Below are positions 39,362-48,748 of a stretch of DNA of 64,000 nucleotides, in pieces (positions within the stretch are counted from its first letter, which is position 1; the number at the start of each line of letters is the position of its first letter). Origin of the DNA: a virus; IMG/VR virus record IMGVR_UViG_3300025141_000042, positions 1 to 64,000 of that record. The stretch is one strand, 5' to 3'. Below the pieces are notes generated by a model. The model saw only the letters and a program-made list of their open reading frames with translations, searched no databases and was not told the origin of the DNA. The translations under genes were made by a program, and so were the position numbers.

Positions 39362-40582
39362 TCACTTAAGCACCAACACCCTTTCTTTTGTGGTAAAGTA
39401 TGGAGCATGAGAACCGGCAGCATCAGTCACCCACACCCGCTGACACTTGGACGGACCTGGTTTGGGAGCATACATATCTGTCAAGATGATGTGTCCGTCA
39501 AAGTTATTTTCATTAACATATTTGGTGGGGGCATCAAAGTTTGTGCCACCGCGAAGAACCCTGACATTCTTTCGCCTCTCTCCGCGCTTCCAAACAAACA
39601 CCTCCGATTCGAAAACCTGATCATCAAATGGTACCACAACAAATTCTGCTACCTTGGCCAACTCTGCCAGTTCAGCGAAGAACGTATCCAGCAGGGTGTC
39701 ACTCACAGACCCAGACTGGTCAATACTGATTGCTATCCTTGCCTGTCGGCGCTTATTCTTACCGGGATGAATATAGGGATACCTCCGATTGATATTCTTT
39801 ATAGATGAGCGCTTGTTTACCACCTGTGAGGTTCTCACGAAGTATCTAAGGAGTTTTTTCCAGTCAAGGGTATGACCAATGATATTTTCCTTTATGTGCT
39901 CTCTCACTTGACGTGAGACCGAACCCCAGGAGTTTGTCTTATCACATTCCTCAGATGCCTTCTTGGTCATCTCCTTCAGTCTCTCTTTTGCAATCTCTTT
40001 TGTCTGTTGGTTGGCATCGCCCCAAGAATCATGGCTGTCAAATTGACCATTGCCTTCGCCTGGTTTGCCCTTCCCCTTTCCGTTGCCTTGTTCCTCCTGT
40101 TCCTCCCCTTCTCCTTCGCCTTCGGCGTGAGACTGTTGCGATTTCTTTTTGGGATCCTGCTCGCTCTTCAGCGCATCGTAGTACCATTCGGCCGTCATTA
40201 GGGGCGGGAATCGCTCGTAGTCTCCCTCTCCCGGTATGCAGCAACCTGGTGGCAGTTCGGTGCGGATATGCCAGTTGATTGCAAGGTCGGTGGCCACGTT
40301 CCAGAGCACACTCATCTTCCCTTCGGGGAGTCTATCTGTGATGTGCTCGAACACCAAATGGTAGAACTCATGCTTCAAGACTCCGCCCATCTCCTTCTCG
40401 GTAATGGACTCAAAATATTCAGGGTTATAGAGAAGTTCATAGTACCCAGTATGTTTGTTGATCATTACTCCAGCAGTGGGAACAGATCGACTGACCTTCT
40501 TATCTATCCTTCGCGATAGTGCCGCAAAGAAAGGTTCATCCTGCAACAATCTATAGATGTGCTTGTTCAGATCGAATGTCAT
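39362..40582 (-). CDS. HExxH metallopeptidase + VWA-like domain protein (DUF2201-like), MoxR partner
   Basis: PTAGV..YNP..HEFYH..WNVATDLAIN; IDQSGSV (MIDAS); GGTNF; LTD. Confidence 0.9.
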   Translation of the reverse strand: MTFDLNKHIYRLLQDEPFFAALSRRIDKKVSRSVPTAGVMINKHTGYYELLYNPEYFESITEKEMGGVLKHEFYHLVFEHITDRLPEGKMSVLWNVATDLAINWHIRTELPPGCCIPGEGDYERFPPLMTAEWYYDALKSEQDPKKKSQQSHAEGEGEGEEQEEQGNGKGKGKPGEGNGQFDSHDSWGDANQQTKEIAKERLKEMTKKASEECDKTNSWGSVSRQVREHIKENIIGHTLDWKKLLRYFVRTSQVVNKRSSIKNINRRYPYIHPGKNKRRQARIAISIDQSGSVSDTLLDTFFAELAELAKVAEFVVVPFDDQVFESEVFVWKRGERRKNVRVLRGGTNFDAPTKYVNENNFDGHIILTDMYAPKPGPSKCQRVWVTDAAGSHAPYFTTKERVLVLK

Positions 40583-40583
40583 G

Positions 40584-40844
40584 CTACCCCTTCTCTCTTT
40601 TTGAACGTGCGTCTCTGGTTTTGGGCGCCATCCTAATCCGCGCATCTCTAGGACTCACCAGACTTTCCCGATAACCGCCTGCATCGTTCAACCACCAGAC
40701 GCGATAATACACTTTAAAATCAGTGTCATCTATAGTAGATGAGTTGTTCCACTTTGTCTTTACCATAACCAAACCCAGTATTCCTGTCTCGCAGTTCTCA
40801 ACCAGGTCTCCCACGCGGTAATTTCGCGAACTACGCTGGGGCAT
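40584..40844 (-). CDS. Small SH3/KOW-like protein
   Basis: YRVGDLV..LGLVM..YRVWWL. Confidence 0.7.
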   Translation of the reverse strand: MPQRSSRNYRVGDLVENCETGILGLVMVKTKWNNSSTIDDTDFKVYYRVWWLNDAGGYRESLVSPRDARIRMAPKTRDARSKREKG

Positions 40845-41295
40845 TCCACTCTCGTTCTGATGCCCAATCAATATAGGACATGATACATTTAGCGGCACAG
40901 TTCTCGTATGCCCTTTCGTCTAGTTTTATCCCCAACCCCTCAGCAAGTTCTTTGCCGTTCTTCCATGCCTGCATCTCTTCATCCAGGAGTTGGACCCTGT
41001 AGGCATATGACTTGATAGGTTTGCCGGTGAGGTCTGATTTTGCTAACAGTTGATATTTCCCATAGCGGTAGGCGGCGCCGGAACCGACTTCGCGATTCAT
41101 GGCATGCCCGATCTCATGTAAGAGGGTGAACATTTGGTTCTCGCCCGTCTGAGATTCGTTGATGATAATCAATCTATCCTCTGGCATATACCTATCGCAT
41201 TGGCCAGTGGCGAAAACAACAGTGATTTGCTTGACTTCTTTTGCCCATTTTACTAACTTATTAATGTTCTTGCTGTGCTTGTTCTTGTATGGCAT
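40831..41295 (-). CDS. Zincin-like (ImmA/IrrE-type) metallopeptidase
   Basis: TLLHEIGH..EEMQAW. Confidence 0.75.
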   Translation of the reverse strand: MPYKNKHSKNINKLVKWAKEVKQITVVFATGQCDRYMPEDRLIIINESQTGENQMFTLLHEIGHAMNREVGSGAAYRYGKYQLLAKSDLTGKPIKSYAYRVQLLDEEMQAWKNGKELAEGLGIKLDERAYENCAAKCIMSYIDWASEREWNAPA

Positions 41296-41351
41296 CGCAG
41301 TAACCTTCCTTTCTCTTGTTTCTTCTGTAATTCTTGGGTTGCTGATTGTCT

Positions 41352-42440
41352 CTATTCTTCTACAGTCTTCTGTACCAGGGATACAATGTGATCTCCCACT
41401 CTTTTTCCATCTACCTCCGCACCGTGGAAATTTATAATATTGTCTCGGATGGCACATCTTCCGACAATTGAAAACAATTTCATTGCCATCTCTCCGGGGA
41501 TTGTCACGAAGTATGCCGCCAAGTTATCCAATTGCTGGCTGCTTAACTCTGTTTCATCAAAGATCTTTGAATTCTCCATCTTCTCTATCAATGCGCCATG
41601 CTTGTTGATATCAAATTCTTCTGTAAGTTTGATATCACCCTTGTCGAGGATATCATCGACAGTCACCATGCGGTCATGATTGATGTAGAAATCACGGAAG
41701 GCAATTGCTGCTTCAAAACCAAGAAATCCTTGTGTGAGGGAGAACAACTCAGATTCACTGAGTTCTTCCCGCATAATGCGTATTGTCTCGCTGAATCTTA
41801 CCCACGACCGGCGACTAGGGTATACCTTGCCCGGTTCATAGTTGCCACTGGCATGCTCAAGGTGGTTTCTATTCTCGTTGATAAAATCCCAAACGACCGG
41901 TTCTACTTTCTTGTCGGATGCCCAGGTAAGCCAATCCTCAACCGTGGGTTCTATATCGAATACCGTATAACGATCCAGTTCAGCAGGATCCATTTCCCCA
42001 ACCTGATACTCTGAAGAGTTTTCGCCGCCATTAACTGCGGCGACGATGACCGTATCCTCATGGAGGGTGTGCCCGTTTAATTTGCGAGAGTCAGTGAGTT
42101 CAAAGATGCCCTGTCTGACTTCTGGAGTTGCTCGATCAATCTCATCCAAGAATAAGAGGACTCCGCGATCACATGCTTCCTTGAACCAGTCTGGTGGGTT
42201 CCATCTTGTCACGGTTGCGCCCCTGGTGTTGTCGATAGATGGGAGACCCATGAGGTCACCCTCGGTCATCTGGGAGGCGCGACGCTCGATAACACCACCA
42301 GTGTAGGGTAGATCCCCCTCTATTTGATATACTACCTCAGACTTGCCAATACCATGGCGGCCGCGAAGGATAATGGGGTATCTCGCTGCTAAGACATGAG
42401 GTGCTGCGAAAAGAAATGTTTTGAAATCGATTGCTGACAT
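41352..42440 (-). CDS. MoxR/dynein-related AAA+ ATPase
   Basis: Walker A GRHGIGKS; Walker B LFLDEIDR; AVN; DPAELDRY; PSRRSW. Confidence 0.92.
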   Translation of the reverse strand: MSAIDFKTFLFAAPHVLAARYPIILRGRHGIGKSEVVYQIEGDLPYTGGVIERRASQMTEGDLMGLPSIDNTRGATVTRWNPPDWFKEACDRGVLLFLDEIDRATPEVRQGIFELTDSRKLNGHTLHEDTVIVAAVNGGENSSEYQVGEMDPAELDRYTVFDIEPTVEDWLTWASDKKVEPVVWDFINENRNHLEHASGNYEPGKVYPSRRSWVRFSETIRIMREELSESELFSLTQGFLGFEAAIAFRDFYINHDRMVTVDDILDKGDIKLTEEFDINKHGALIEKMENSKIFDETELSSQQLDNLAAYFVTIPGEMAMKLFSIVGRCAIRDNIINFHGAEVDGKRVGDHIVSLVQKTVEE

Positions 42441-42472
42441 ATTATTTTGCCTTTTGTTACTTCTGTTGCTAT

Positions 42473-43171
42473 CTAGGTCCACTCTTCGAGGATCGTTGCT
42501 CTACACTCTCTATGCCCTCCAGCGGCAGAAAGGGTTTTGAAATAATCCCTAACATTCTGCCACCCCTCGAAGAGAGTAGATGCGTCATAACCGCGCAAGA
42601 GGCGTGAAGTTGGCGCATATACCGGTGATGCGATTCTCCAATACCCACCAATCCGAGATTTTGCCAGTTCGCCATATTCTGCTTCTGTGATCTTTTTAAG
42701 TTCTGGCATGTATCTAAAGACCTTCCCCTCAGAACACCACTCGCGCTTCAGTTCGTGGTTTGCAAACCTCACCTTCCAAACTGGCGGAGAAGGAATAGAC
42801 AACCCAAAAGCGGTAGAGACTCCCCAACCACGACCATAGGAACCTGTCTCGATCTTAGGTTGGCCGAGGATGTGGACCTTGATCCAGCGCTTGCCCGGTT
42901 TGCGGAAGAAAAGCGCGTCCCATTCGAGTTCTGTGATTAACCCTAATGCTGTTGCTTCCTCTTTTCCCTGTACTGCCTGTATATATTCGACAAGAGCACC
43001 CACTGCGAGGCCACGGGCATGAAGATCTTCTGACACCAACTGGATAAATTTGCTATTCATTTGCGCAAACTTGGCACCATGTTCTTTCAATTCGGCACAT
43101 GTGCGCCGATCATGATCGGTTGAGCGACAATAGGAGCATCTCCTAGGGTTTCGTTCTAAAGTTTGTGACAT
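42473..43171 (-). CDS. CCHC zinc-knuckle protein
   Basis: CSYCRSTDHDRRTC. Confidence 0.75.
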   Translation of the reverse strand: MSQTLERNPRRCSYCRSTDHDRRTCAELKEHGAKFAQMNSKFIQLVSEDLHARGLAVGALVEYIQAVQGKEEATALGLITELEWDALFFRKPGKRWIKVHILGQPKIETGSYGRGWGVSTAFGLSIPSPPVWKVRFANHELKREWCSEGKVFRYMPELKKITEAEYGELAKSRIGGYWRIASPVYAPTSRLLRGYDASTLFEGWQNVRDYFKTLSAAGGHRECRATILEEWT

Positions 43172-43176
43172 TACGA

Positions 43177-43482
43177 TTAGGCCTTGCCAATAATATAGTC
43201 CAAGACATTGCCGCTGTTGCCAGACAATCCGCCATACATGGTAGAAAACTCTAACCACTTTTGGCCAAATGAGGACGGTTCCCGGTATTTTACAACTATC
43301 ATAAACTCATCCGGATCGTATACAGAAAACAACTCATCAACTGCGGCGCGATCTTCTTCCTTAAAACTATAAGTTTCCACAAGTTTGGGAAGGGCAGCAG
43401 AAAGGAGATCCTCGATCCCCGAGTCTATATCAATCGGACTTGCTTTATACACTTTAACCATGATCATAGTCTTTTCTCCCAA
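43177..43482 (-). CDS. Hypothetical protein
   Basis: First ORF after promoter 43505-43533. Confidence 0.65.
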   Translation of the reverse strand: MGEKTMIMVKVYKASPIDIDSGIEDLLSAALPKLVETYSFKEEDRAAVDELFSVYDPDEFMIVVKYREPSSFGQKWLEFSTMYGGLSGNSGNVLDYIIGKA

Positions 43483-43504
43483 TTCCTAATCTGATCTGTC
43501 ATCC

Positions 43505-43533
43505 ATTATCGCAGAATAGAGATCATTTGTCAA
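43505..43533 (-). promoter_or_regulatory. sigma70-type promoter
   Basis: TTGACA-17-GATAAT; GATC in spacer. Confidence 0.7.
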
Positions 43534-43565
43534 GTCTTTTGTGCGGAAACTTTAAGTGCCCGGAT

Positions 43566-44375
43566 CTATGATGTTTTCTTTTTGACACGTTTGGTGGCCA
43601 CGCCTAAGTCCTTGTTATTGCTAGACTTCTTCGAAGTGCTTGATTTCTTTCGCTTTTTCTTGGGCGCAGCAACTTTCGTCTGTAAGTCCTTGATTTCTAA
43701 CAACTCAATTTCTTTTGCCTTTAATTCCAATAAGATAGCATGATTGTTAGATTCCAAGACACTTATGCGATCCCTGTGATAGTTGACCAGATCCTCTAAG
43801 GTATCAATCTGCTTTTTCTGTGATCGCAGTTCAGATATCAATTTATTAATCTCTTCGGGGCGATTCTTTTTTGCTCCCGCATGTAGTGATTCTCTTATTT
43901 TCTCTGCGTTTGTTTTTCTTCTCATGTTATTTTCCTTTCTCAAGTTGTTTCACGAATTTGTTATAGTGATGACCGCATAGACGGTGACCGGATGGTGTTT
44001 GCCAAGTGTATTCCTCAAGGCAGTTGTCACACTTCTTCGCATGGTTGATATCTATTCCGCGAAGAAGAACTGTTGCAATGATTTTCCTAATCCTATTCAG
44101 CATCAAAACAAACCTGGACTGATCTGAGTTGAATAATAGAAGAGTGCTGTGCCGTACAGGATTATCCCCACCCACTCGCGTTGCATCCGCAACACAAGCA
44201 GTCCGTAACTCCTCAGTGCCAACATACCCAGCAAGGCATATTTGGCGCCCACCTTATTATCAACAACAAGAAAACATAAGATAAAGATAAATGCTAGTGT
44301 CACTAGGACGGCATGAGACTCTATCCTCTTCATTGCGCGATCAAACTTTTCCTGCTCTTCGTTTTCGTTAGACAT
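43566..44375 (-). CDS. Small genes: 43566-43925 (coiled coil), 43927-~44103 (Cys/His), 44103-44375 (multi-TM)
   Basis: ORF track. Confidence 0.6.
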
Positions 44376-44904
44376 TTTGTGCCTCCTTCTCTGGAACTGT
44401 TCTCTTTTTCTTTTTCTTATAACCATTCTCGTAAAATGTCCAATGCCAAGTTTCACCCTCTACGTCGTTGTAGAAACCAAATCTCTTAGCATTGCGGACA
44501 AGCCACCAATAAAGGATGGTCCTGTTCTTCTTCTTGTCTATCACCCGTGTTGTGCCGGCAATATCGACTGACATGCCCATTTGGTGCGAACTGTGCCCTG
44601 GGCGGGCAGCAAGTTCGCCTTTTGCTCTGTGTAGTATTCTCTGCTCGCGATGCGTTCTGAACGCCGTTGTCACACTAAGGTGGAATCCATCTTTTGCTGC
44701 TGCAACCATCATATCCCGGAAGTTCTTTGCTGGTCTTGTAGCAAGTGCCAGGGAAGACCCGTGGGTACCCTTCTGGTGGATAGAGGAAACATTAAGTATG
44801 TAAGGTTTCCCTCCCCTGTAACCCTTTACTGATTTATATATTATCTCTTCGGCACCTCCATTGCTAATGGTGGCCAAGACCAATAAAATTGCTGGAATTG
44901 TCAT
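44368..44904 (-). CDS. Peptidase M15B / VanY-like D-Ala-D-Ala carboxypeptidase (endolysin-like)
   Basis: AFRT..Q; ARPGHSSHQMGMSVD (SxHxxGxxxD); ETWHW (ExWH); N-terminal signal. Confidence 0.85.
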   Translation of the reverse strand: MTIPAILLVLATISNGGAEEIIYKSVKGYRGGKPYILNVSSIHQKGTHGSSLALATRPAKNFRDMMVAAAKDGFHLSVTTAFRTHREQRILHRAKGELAARPGHSSHQMGMSVDIAGTTRVIDKKKNRTILYWWLVRNAKRFGFYNDVEGETWHWTFYENGYKKKKKRTVPEKEAQNV

Positions 44905-44913
44905 TCTCTTTTC

Positions 44914-45183
44914 TTAGTCCTTCCCTAGACTGGGAATCATGATATCTTGCTTGCTCATCCACATCCCGGTACCCTTCTCAACCCAAAACACAAAAATCTT
45001 GGGGTTCGTGAATTTCTCTGCGGCGTCCTTCAGATCATATACGTCAAACTCTACCTGCTCAAACCCCATAACAATGCCCACGCCTGCCTTTCTGGTATAG
45101 TCACCCCTAAAGCATACCACATCTCCAACAGAGATGTCAAGTGTTTTTTTCAAGTGACCCGTATTGTCCGCTAAGTCTGCCAT
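44914..45183 (-). CDS. Small SH3/KOW-like protein
   Basis: SVGDVV..VGIVM..IFVFWV. Confidence 0.7.
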   Translation of the reverse strand: MADLADNTGHLKKTLDISVGDVVCFRGDYTRKAGVGIVMGFEQVEFDVYDLKDAAEKFTNPKIFVFWVEKGTGMWMSKQDIMIPSLGKD

Positions 45184-45313
45184 ACTGCTTGTAAATAGTC
45201 ATCGAGCAGTATCTGGACTATTTCCATACTAGTTACTTCTAGAGGCAGAGCACAAAAAGAAGAACACAGGAGCCAGAACACAAGAAAAGCAGAGGAAAAA
45301 AAAGTAAAAAATT

Positions 45314-45523
45314 ATGGGACACAGTGCTAAACTATATGTGAAGAGTGCCTGCATGGTATGTAAGAATAAGACATACTTCTGTGCCTACTGCGATGGAGTA
45401 GGAAGCGTGTTTGTGGAAGCATCAGACAAAAGTGTCTCAAGATGGTTGACCGAGTTGACAGAAGAGAGGAAACAAAGTATACTAGAAGATGTCGGCACAA
45501 ACGGAGATGACCCAGAGGTATAA
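45314..45523 (+). CDS. Small zinc-finger protein
   Basis: CMVC..CAYCDGVG; couples to the next plus-strand gene. Confidence 0.7.
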   Translation: MGHSAKLYVKSACMVCKNKTYFCAYCDGVGSVFVEASDKSVSRWLTELTEERKQSILEDVGTNGDDPEV

Positions 45524-45525
45524 AA

Positions 45526-47478
45526 ATGAGAAAAATCACCATTCTATTGACACTATTTATTTCGCTTTTTGGCGGATGTAGTTGTGATGATGAAAAACTC
45601 TTTTTTAGTTGCCCCGTACCGAGTCCCTGTATCAACACAGCAGATGGCGGTATATTCGTGTTTGACCAAGATTACCAATCTCGTACACAAGGCGAGTGCC
45701 AACTCGGCATGACTGCATGCGATGAAGACAACAGGCAGATTTGTGTTGGCCAAGTTAAACCAATCGCCGAAACTTGTGACGGTCTAGACAACAACTGCGA
45801 TGGCATCGTAGATAACCAAATTTCTAGAGATATTGACGGAGATCTCTTCAATGATCTTACGTCCTGCTTGAATGCTACGGATTGCGACGACAGGAATCCG
45901 AATATCTTTCCTGGCGCAGATGAAATATGTAACGGTATTGATGATGATTGTGATGGTGAGATAGATGAAGTGGGTCCATATGAATGTTGGACTGGTGCTC
46001 CGGATGCTGTATTTAGCGATGATACCCCATGCAGAACTGGCATAGTTGCTTGCGTTGATGGTGCCTGGTCTGGGTGTGAGGGGCAAGTCCTTGCGCATGT
46101 AGAGTTGTGCGACACTATAGATAATGACTGTAACGGAATAGTAGATGATGACCCATACTATGTAGGTCTGCCATGTGGACCAGAGTCTACCATTGGCCAA
46201 TGTAGTTATGGGAGTAATGCATGCATTAATGGAGAACTTCTCTGTGTCGGCGCACAGTTTCCCCAAAATGAAATATGCGATAACATAGACAACGACTGCG
46301 ATGGGATGACGGACAATGATCTAGAAAGACTATGTGAGTCCGACTGTGGTCAGGGCATAGAGTTTTGTTCGGGAGGCGCATGGGGTGGATGTACTGCGGC
46401 AATGCCTGGGTTTGAGTTTTGCGATGGTGTTGACAATGATTGCGATGGAGAAGTGGATGAGAATTGTCCCTGTGTAGAAGGTGATGCGCAAGCATGTCAG
46501 GAAGATCCTATGATGGATCAGTACACAGGCGAATGGATGAGTTGTGGCACTGGTATCCAAGTTTGCGACAGTCTTGGAGTATGGGGAGAATGCTTCTGGT
46601 TCGGACCTGGGGAAGAGGTGTGCAACAATTGGGATGACGATTGCGATAATACCATAGACGGAATGGAAGCGGTCTGCGGAGTTCAACCAGAGGAAACTCT
46701 GGGCGTTGGAGAATGCCGTGCCGGAGTTGCTGTCTGTACCGCAGGAGAATGGGGGGAGTGTGTTGGCGAGATTGGACCAGAGGAAGAAGTTTGCGATGCG
46801 TTGGACAATGATTGTGATGGCGAGGTTGACGAGGATTTAAATATACACGACAAGGTAGACATGGTTTTTGCCATTGATATTTCCGGTTCCATGGGTGCAT
46901 ACATTGCTGCTCTCGCCGAGGGCATCTCGAACTATGTAGCAGACTTCGAAGGCACAGAACATCGCTTTGCTCTTGTTCCATTCCCAGAGGCCTCTGGTGG
47001 GGGCGGCGCGCCCTACATTGTTGCAACGGGTCCACCTCTGGTTGATGTAAATACCTTCCTTACTGCATTGACATCTATAATAAATGCCCAAGGCGGAGGG
47101 TATGAACCATCCATAGATGTGATGTATGACTTGGTGAGTCCGGATGATCCGGCCGGCATCGGTTGGCGGGAAGATGCTTACCCATACATAATCTTGATCA
47201 CCGATGAAGGGGCACAGAGTTGGTCACAACTTCAGGCATCAGCAATATATTGGAATGCCTTTAATTGTCAGTTAGGTTCTTGCGAAGCAGGAGACTCAGT
47301 GGAGACATTTATCATAGGCAAGACAGAATACTTCTTCGGGTTTCACGAGATTGTCTACGGGGATACAGACAGGTTCTATGAGATCACTCCTGCAAACGGG
47401 ACCCGATATACCGAAATGCTCAAAGATGTCTTCACAAACATCTGCCTCACCGAAGAAGATGCCGGTACCACACCATAA
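45526..47478 (+). CDS. Cys/Asp-rich repeat (MopE-related / putative metal-binding motif) lipoprotein with C-terminal VWA domain
   Basis: Signal ..LFGG-C; seven E-x-C-[DN]-x-x-D-[ND]-[ND]-C-[DN]-[GN]-x-x-D repeats; DMVFAIDISGSM MIDAS; IILITDE. Confidence 0.9.
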   Translation: MRKITILLTLFISLFGGCSCDDEKLFFSCPVPSPCINTADGGIFVFDQDYQSRTQGECQLGMTACDEDNRQICVGQVKPIAETCDGLDNNCDGIVDNQISRDIDGDLFNDLTSCLNATDCDDRNPNIFPGADEICNGIDDDCDGEIDEVGPYECWTGAPDAVFSDDTPCRTGIVACVDGAWSGCEGQVLAHVELCDTIDNDCNGIVDDDPYYVGLPCGPESTIGQCSYGSNACINGELLCVGAQFPQNEICDNIDNDCDGMTDNDLERLCESDCGQGIEFCSGGAWGGCTAAMPGFEFCDGVDNDCDGEVDENCPCVEGDAQACQEDPMMDQYTGEWMSCGTGIQVCDSLGVWGECFWFGPGEEVCNNWDDDCDNTIDGMEAVCGVQPEETLGVGECRAGVAVCTAGEWGECVGEIGPEEEVCDALDNDCDGEVDEDLNIHDKVDMVFAIDISGSMGAYIAALAEGISNYVADFEGTEHRFALVPFPEASGGGGAPYIVATGPPLVDVNTFLTALTSIINAQGGGYEPSIDVMYDLVSPDDPAGIGWREDAYPYIILITDEGAQSWSQLQASAIYWNAFNCQLGSCEAGDSVETFIIGKTEYFFGFHEIVYGDTDRFYEITPANGTRYTEMLKDVFTNICLTEEDAGTTP

Positions 47479-47480
47479 AC

Positions 47481-47505
47481 AAAAAGCGCACCACAAGGGT
47501 GCGCT
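47481..47505 (-). terminator. Intrinsic terminator between convergent genes
   Basis: AGCGCACC-5-GGTGCGCT with T run on the minus strand. Confidence 0.75.
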
Positions 47506-47529
47506 CCTACTTTGTATCTGTTGTAATGC

Positions 47530-47976
47530 CTAGGCAATTGCAATAGATGTTGGTTTTGATTCTTCCGTTGGGGGGATCACAACCCTCAGCAATCCATTTT
47601 CAAATGAAGCATCTGAACTCTTCATCTCAAGTTGGTTCTCGTAATCGACAAACGACTTCGAGAAAGACCTCCGAGCAATCCGACGCGATGGTGCGTCACC
47701 TTTCGAGGCAGAGTCACAAGAGATCGTAATATAGTTATCCCTCACTTCCACCTTTAAGTCTTCCCTGGAGAAACCAGCGAGAGCTACCTCGATCACCTGA
47801 TTATTTTCCTCATCCTTGTAGATATCCGTAAGGGGATATCCTTCCGTGGATTTCTTTGTGACCTCGCCGGACCAATCTGGCGAGCGAATGATCAGTTGTT
47901 CGAAGATCGAGTCAAGCACCGATTGTCCCATGATGGACGGAAAGTAGTGGTTTCTAGTTAGTTTATTATTAGTCAT
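47530..47976 (-). CDS. Small heat-shock protein (Hsp20/alpha-crystallin)
   Basis: YPLTDI..IEVALAGFS..IARRSFSKSF..ASFENGLL. Confidence 0.95.
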   Translation of the reverse strand: MTNNKLTRNHYFPSIMGQSVLDSIFEQLIIRSPDWSGEVTKKSTEGYPLTDIYKDEENNQVIEVALAGFSREDLKVEVRDNYITISCDSASKGDAPSRRIARRSFSKSFVDYENQLEMKSSDASFENGLLRVVIPPTEESKPTSIAIA

Positions 47977-48037
47977 GTTTATTCTCCTTTAAAAGCAAGT
48001 TTATGACTTGGTTAACGTGCCCCGACATGGCAGCACA
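47977..48037 (-). promoter_or_regulatory. ROSE-like RNA thermometer in the hsp20 5' UTR
   Basis: CUUGCUU-UUA-AAGGAG: UUGCU pairs with the SD leaving a bulged G. Confidence 0.6.
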
Positions 48038-48043
48038 GATACT

Positions 48044-48072
48044 ATTATAAACACCCAAGCACTGGGTGTCAA
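48044..48072 (-). promoter_or_regulatory. Perfect sigma70 promoter with overlapping inverted repeat
   Basis: TTGACA-17-TATAAT; ACACCCA-5-TGGGTGT at 48051-48069. Confidence 0.85.
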
Positions 48073-48081
48073 GTTCTTATC

Positions 48082-48483
48082 TTATGAATTTACAATTGTA
48101 CCTTCAGACCAAAAGCGATCATTCTTTTTCTGGTCCGTGATTACCAGGACTTCGATACAGTCTTTCTTTAGTCGATGTCGGTAATATTCAAGGTTCCCGT
48201 AGAGCGGCCGAGAGGTCTTCCTTTGGAACTTTTCTCTGGGTGGGGGTTGGTTCAGGAACTGCAAGCATGCTTCAACCAGTTGCCTCTCAGGGACTCCCTG
48301 GTCTAAGCGTTGCTTTAGTTCTGCATCCAAATCCAATTGACCTGCAACGACCCATCGTTTGCTGCCAAAACCCTTCACATCCCAAAACATCGAACCGTGG
48401 TATCTTCCATCCCTCTTCTTTTCGTCTCTTGCTGCGAAACCGTATTCTTCAACGGGTTTCCACTTGCATGGTACTGTCTCCAT
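48082..48483 (-). CDS. Hypothetical protein
   Basis: ORF track; SD GAGG. Confidence 0.7.
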   Translation of the reverse strand: METVPCKWKPVEEYGFAARDEKKRDGRYHGSMFWDVKGFGSKRWVVAGQLDLDAELKQRLDQGVPERQLVEACLQFLNQPPPREKFQRKTSRPLYGNLEYYRHRLKKDCIEVLVITDQKKNDRFWSEGTIVNS

Positions 48484-48485
48484 CT

Positions 48486-48740
48486 TTATCTACCTCTCTT
48501 CTCAAGGAGTTTTTCTAGTTCGGTGAATCCGCCCACCAGATCCATCTTTCCCCTGCTGTCGCACTCCAAGACAACGGGGACTGTTGGGTGGTTAAATTGC
48601 TTCTTGACCATCTCGTGATATCCAACAGAATTATCAACAACTGTCACAACGTATTCAGTGCTGGAACTCTCCAGTAACTCAACCGCAAGTTTGCAATAGG
48701 GGCAATCGACTTTTATGAAAAGGTGGAAAAAACTAAACAC
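48486..48740 (-). CDS. Glutaredoxin
   Basis: CPYC; TVP; VGGFTEL. Confidence 0.9.
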   Translation of the reverse strand: MFSFFHLFIKVDCPYCKLAVELLESSSTEYVVTVVDNSVGYHEMVKKQFNHPTVPVVLECDSRGKMDLVGGFTELEKLLEKRGR

Positions 48741-48748
48741 TCTCTAAC

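Noticed and set aside
45553-47496. Minus-strand ORFs within the plus-strand lipoprotein gene
   Set aside because: Antisense shadows without motifs.
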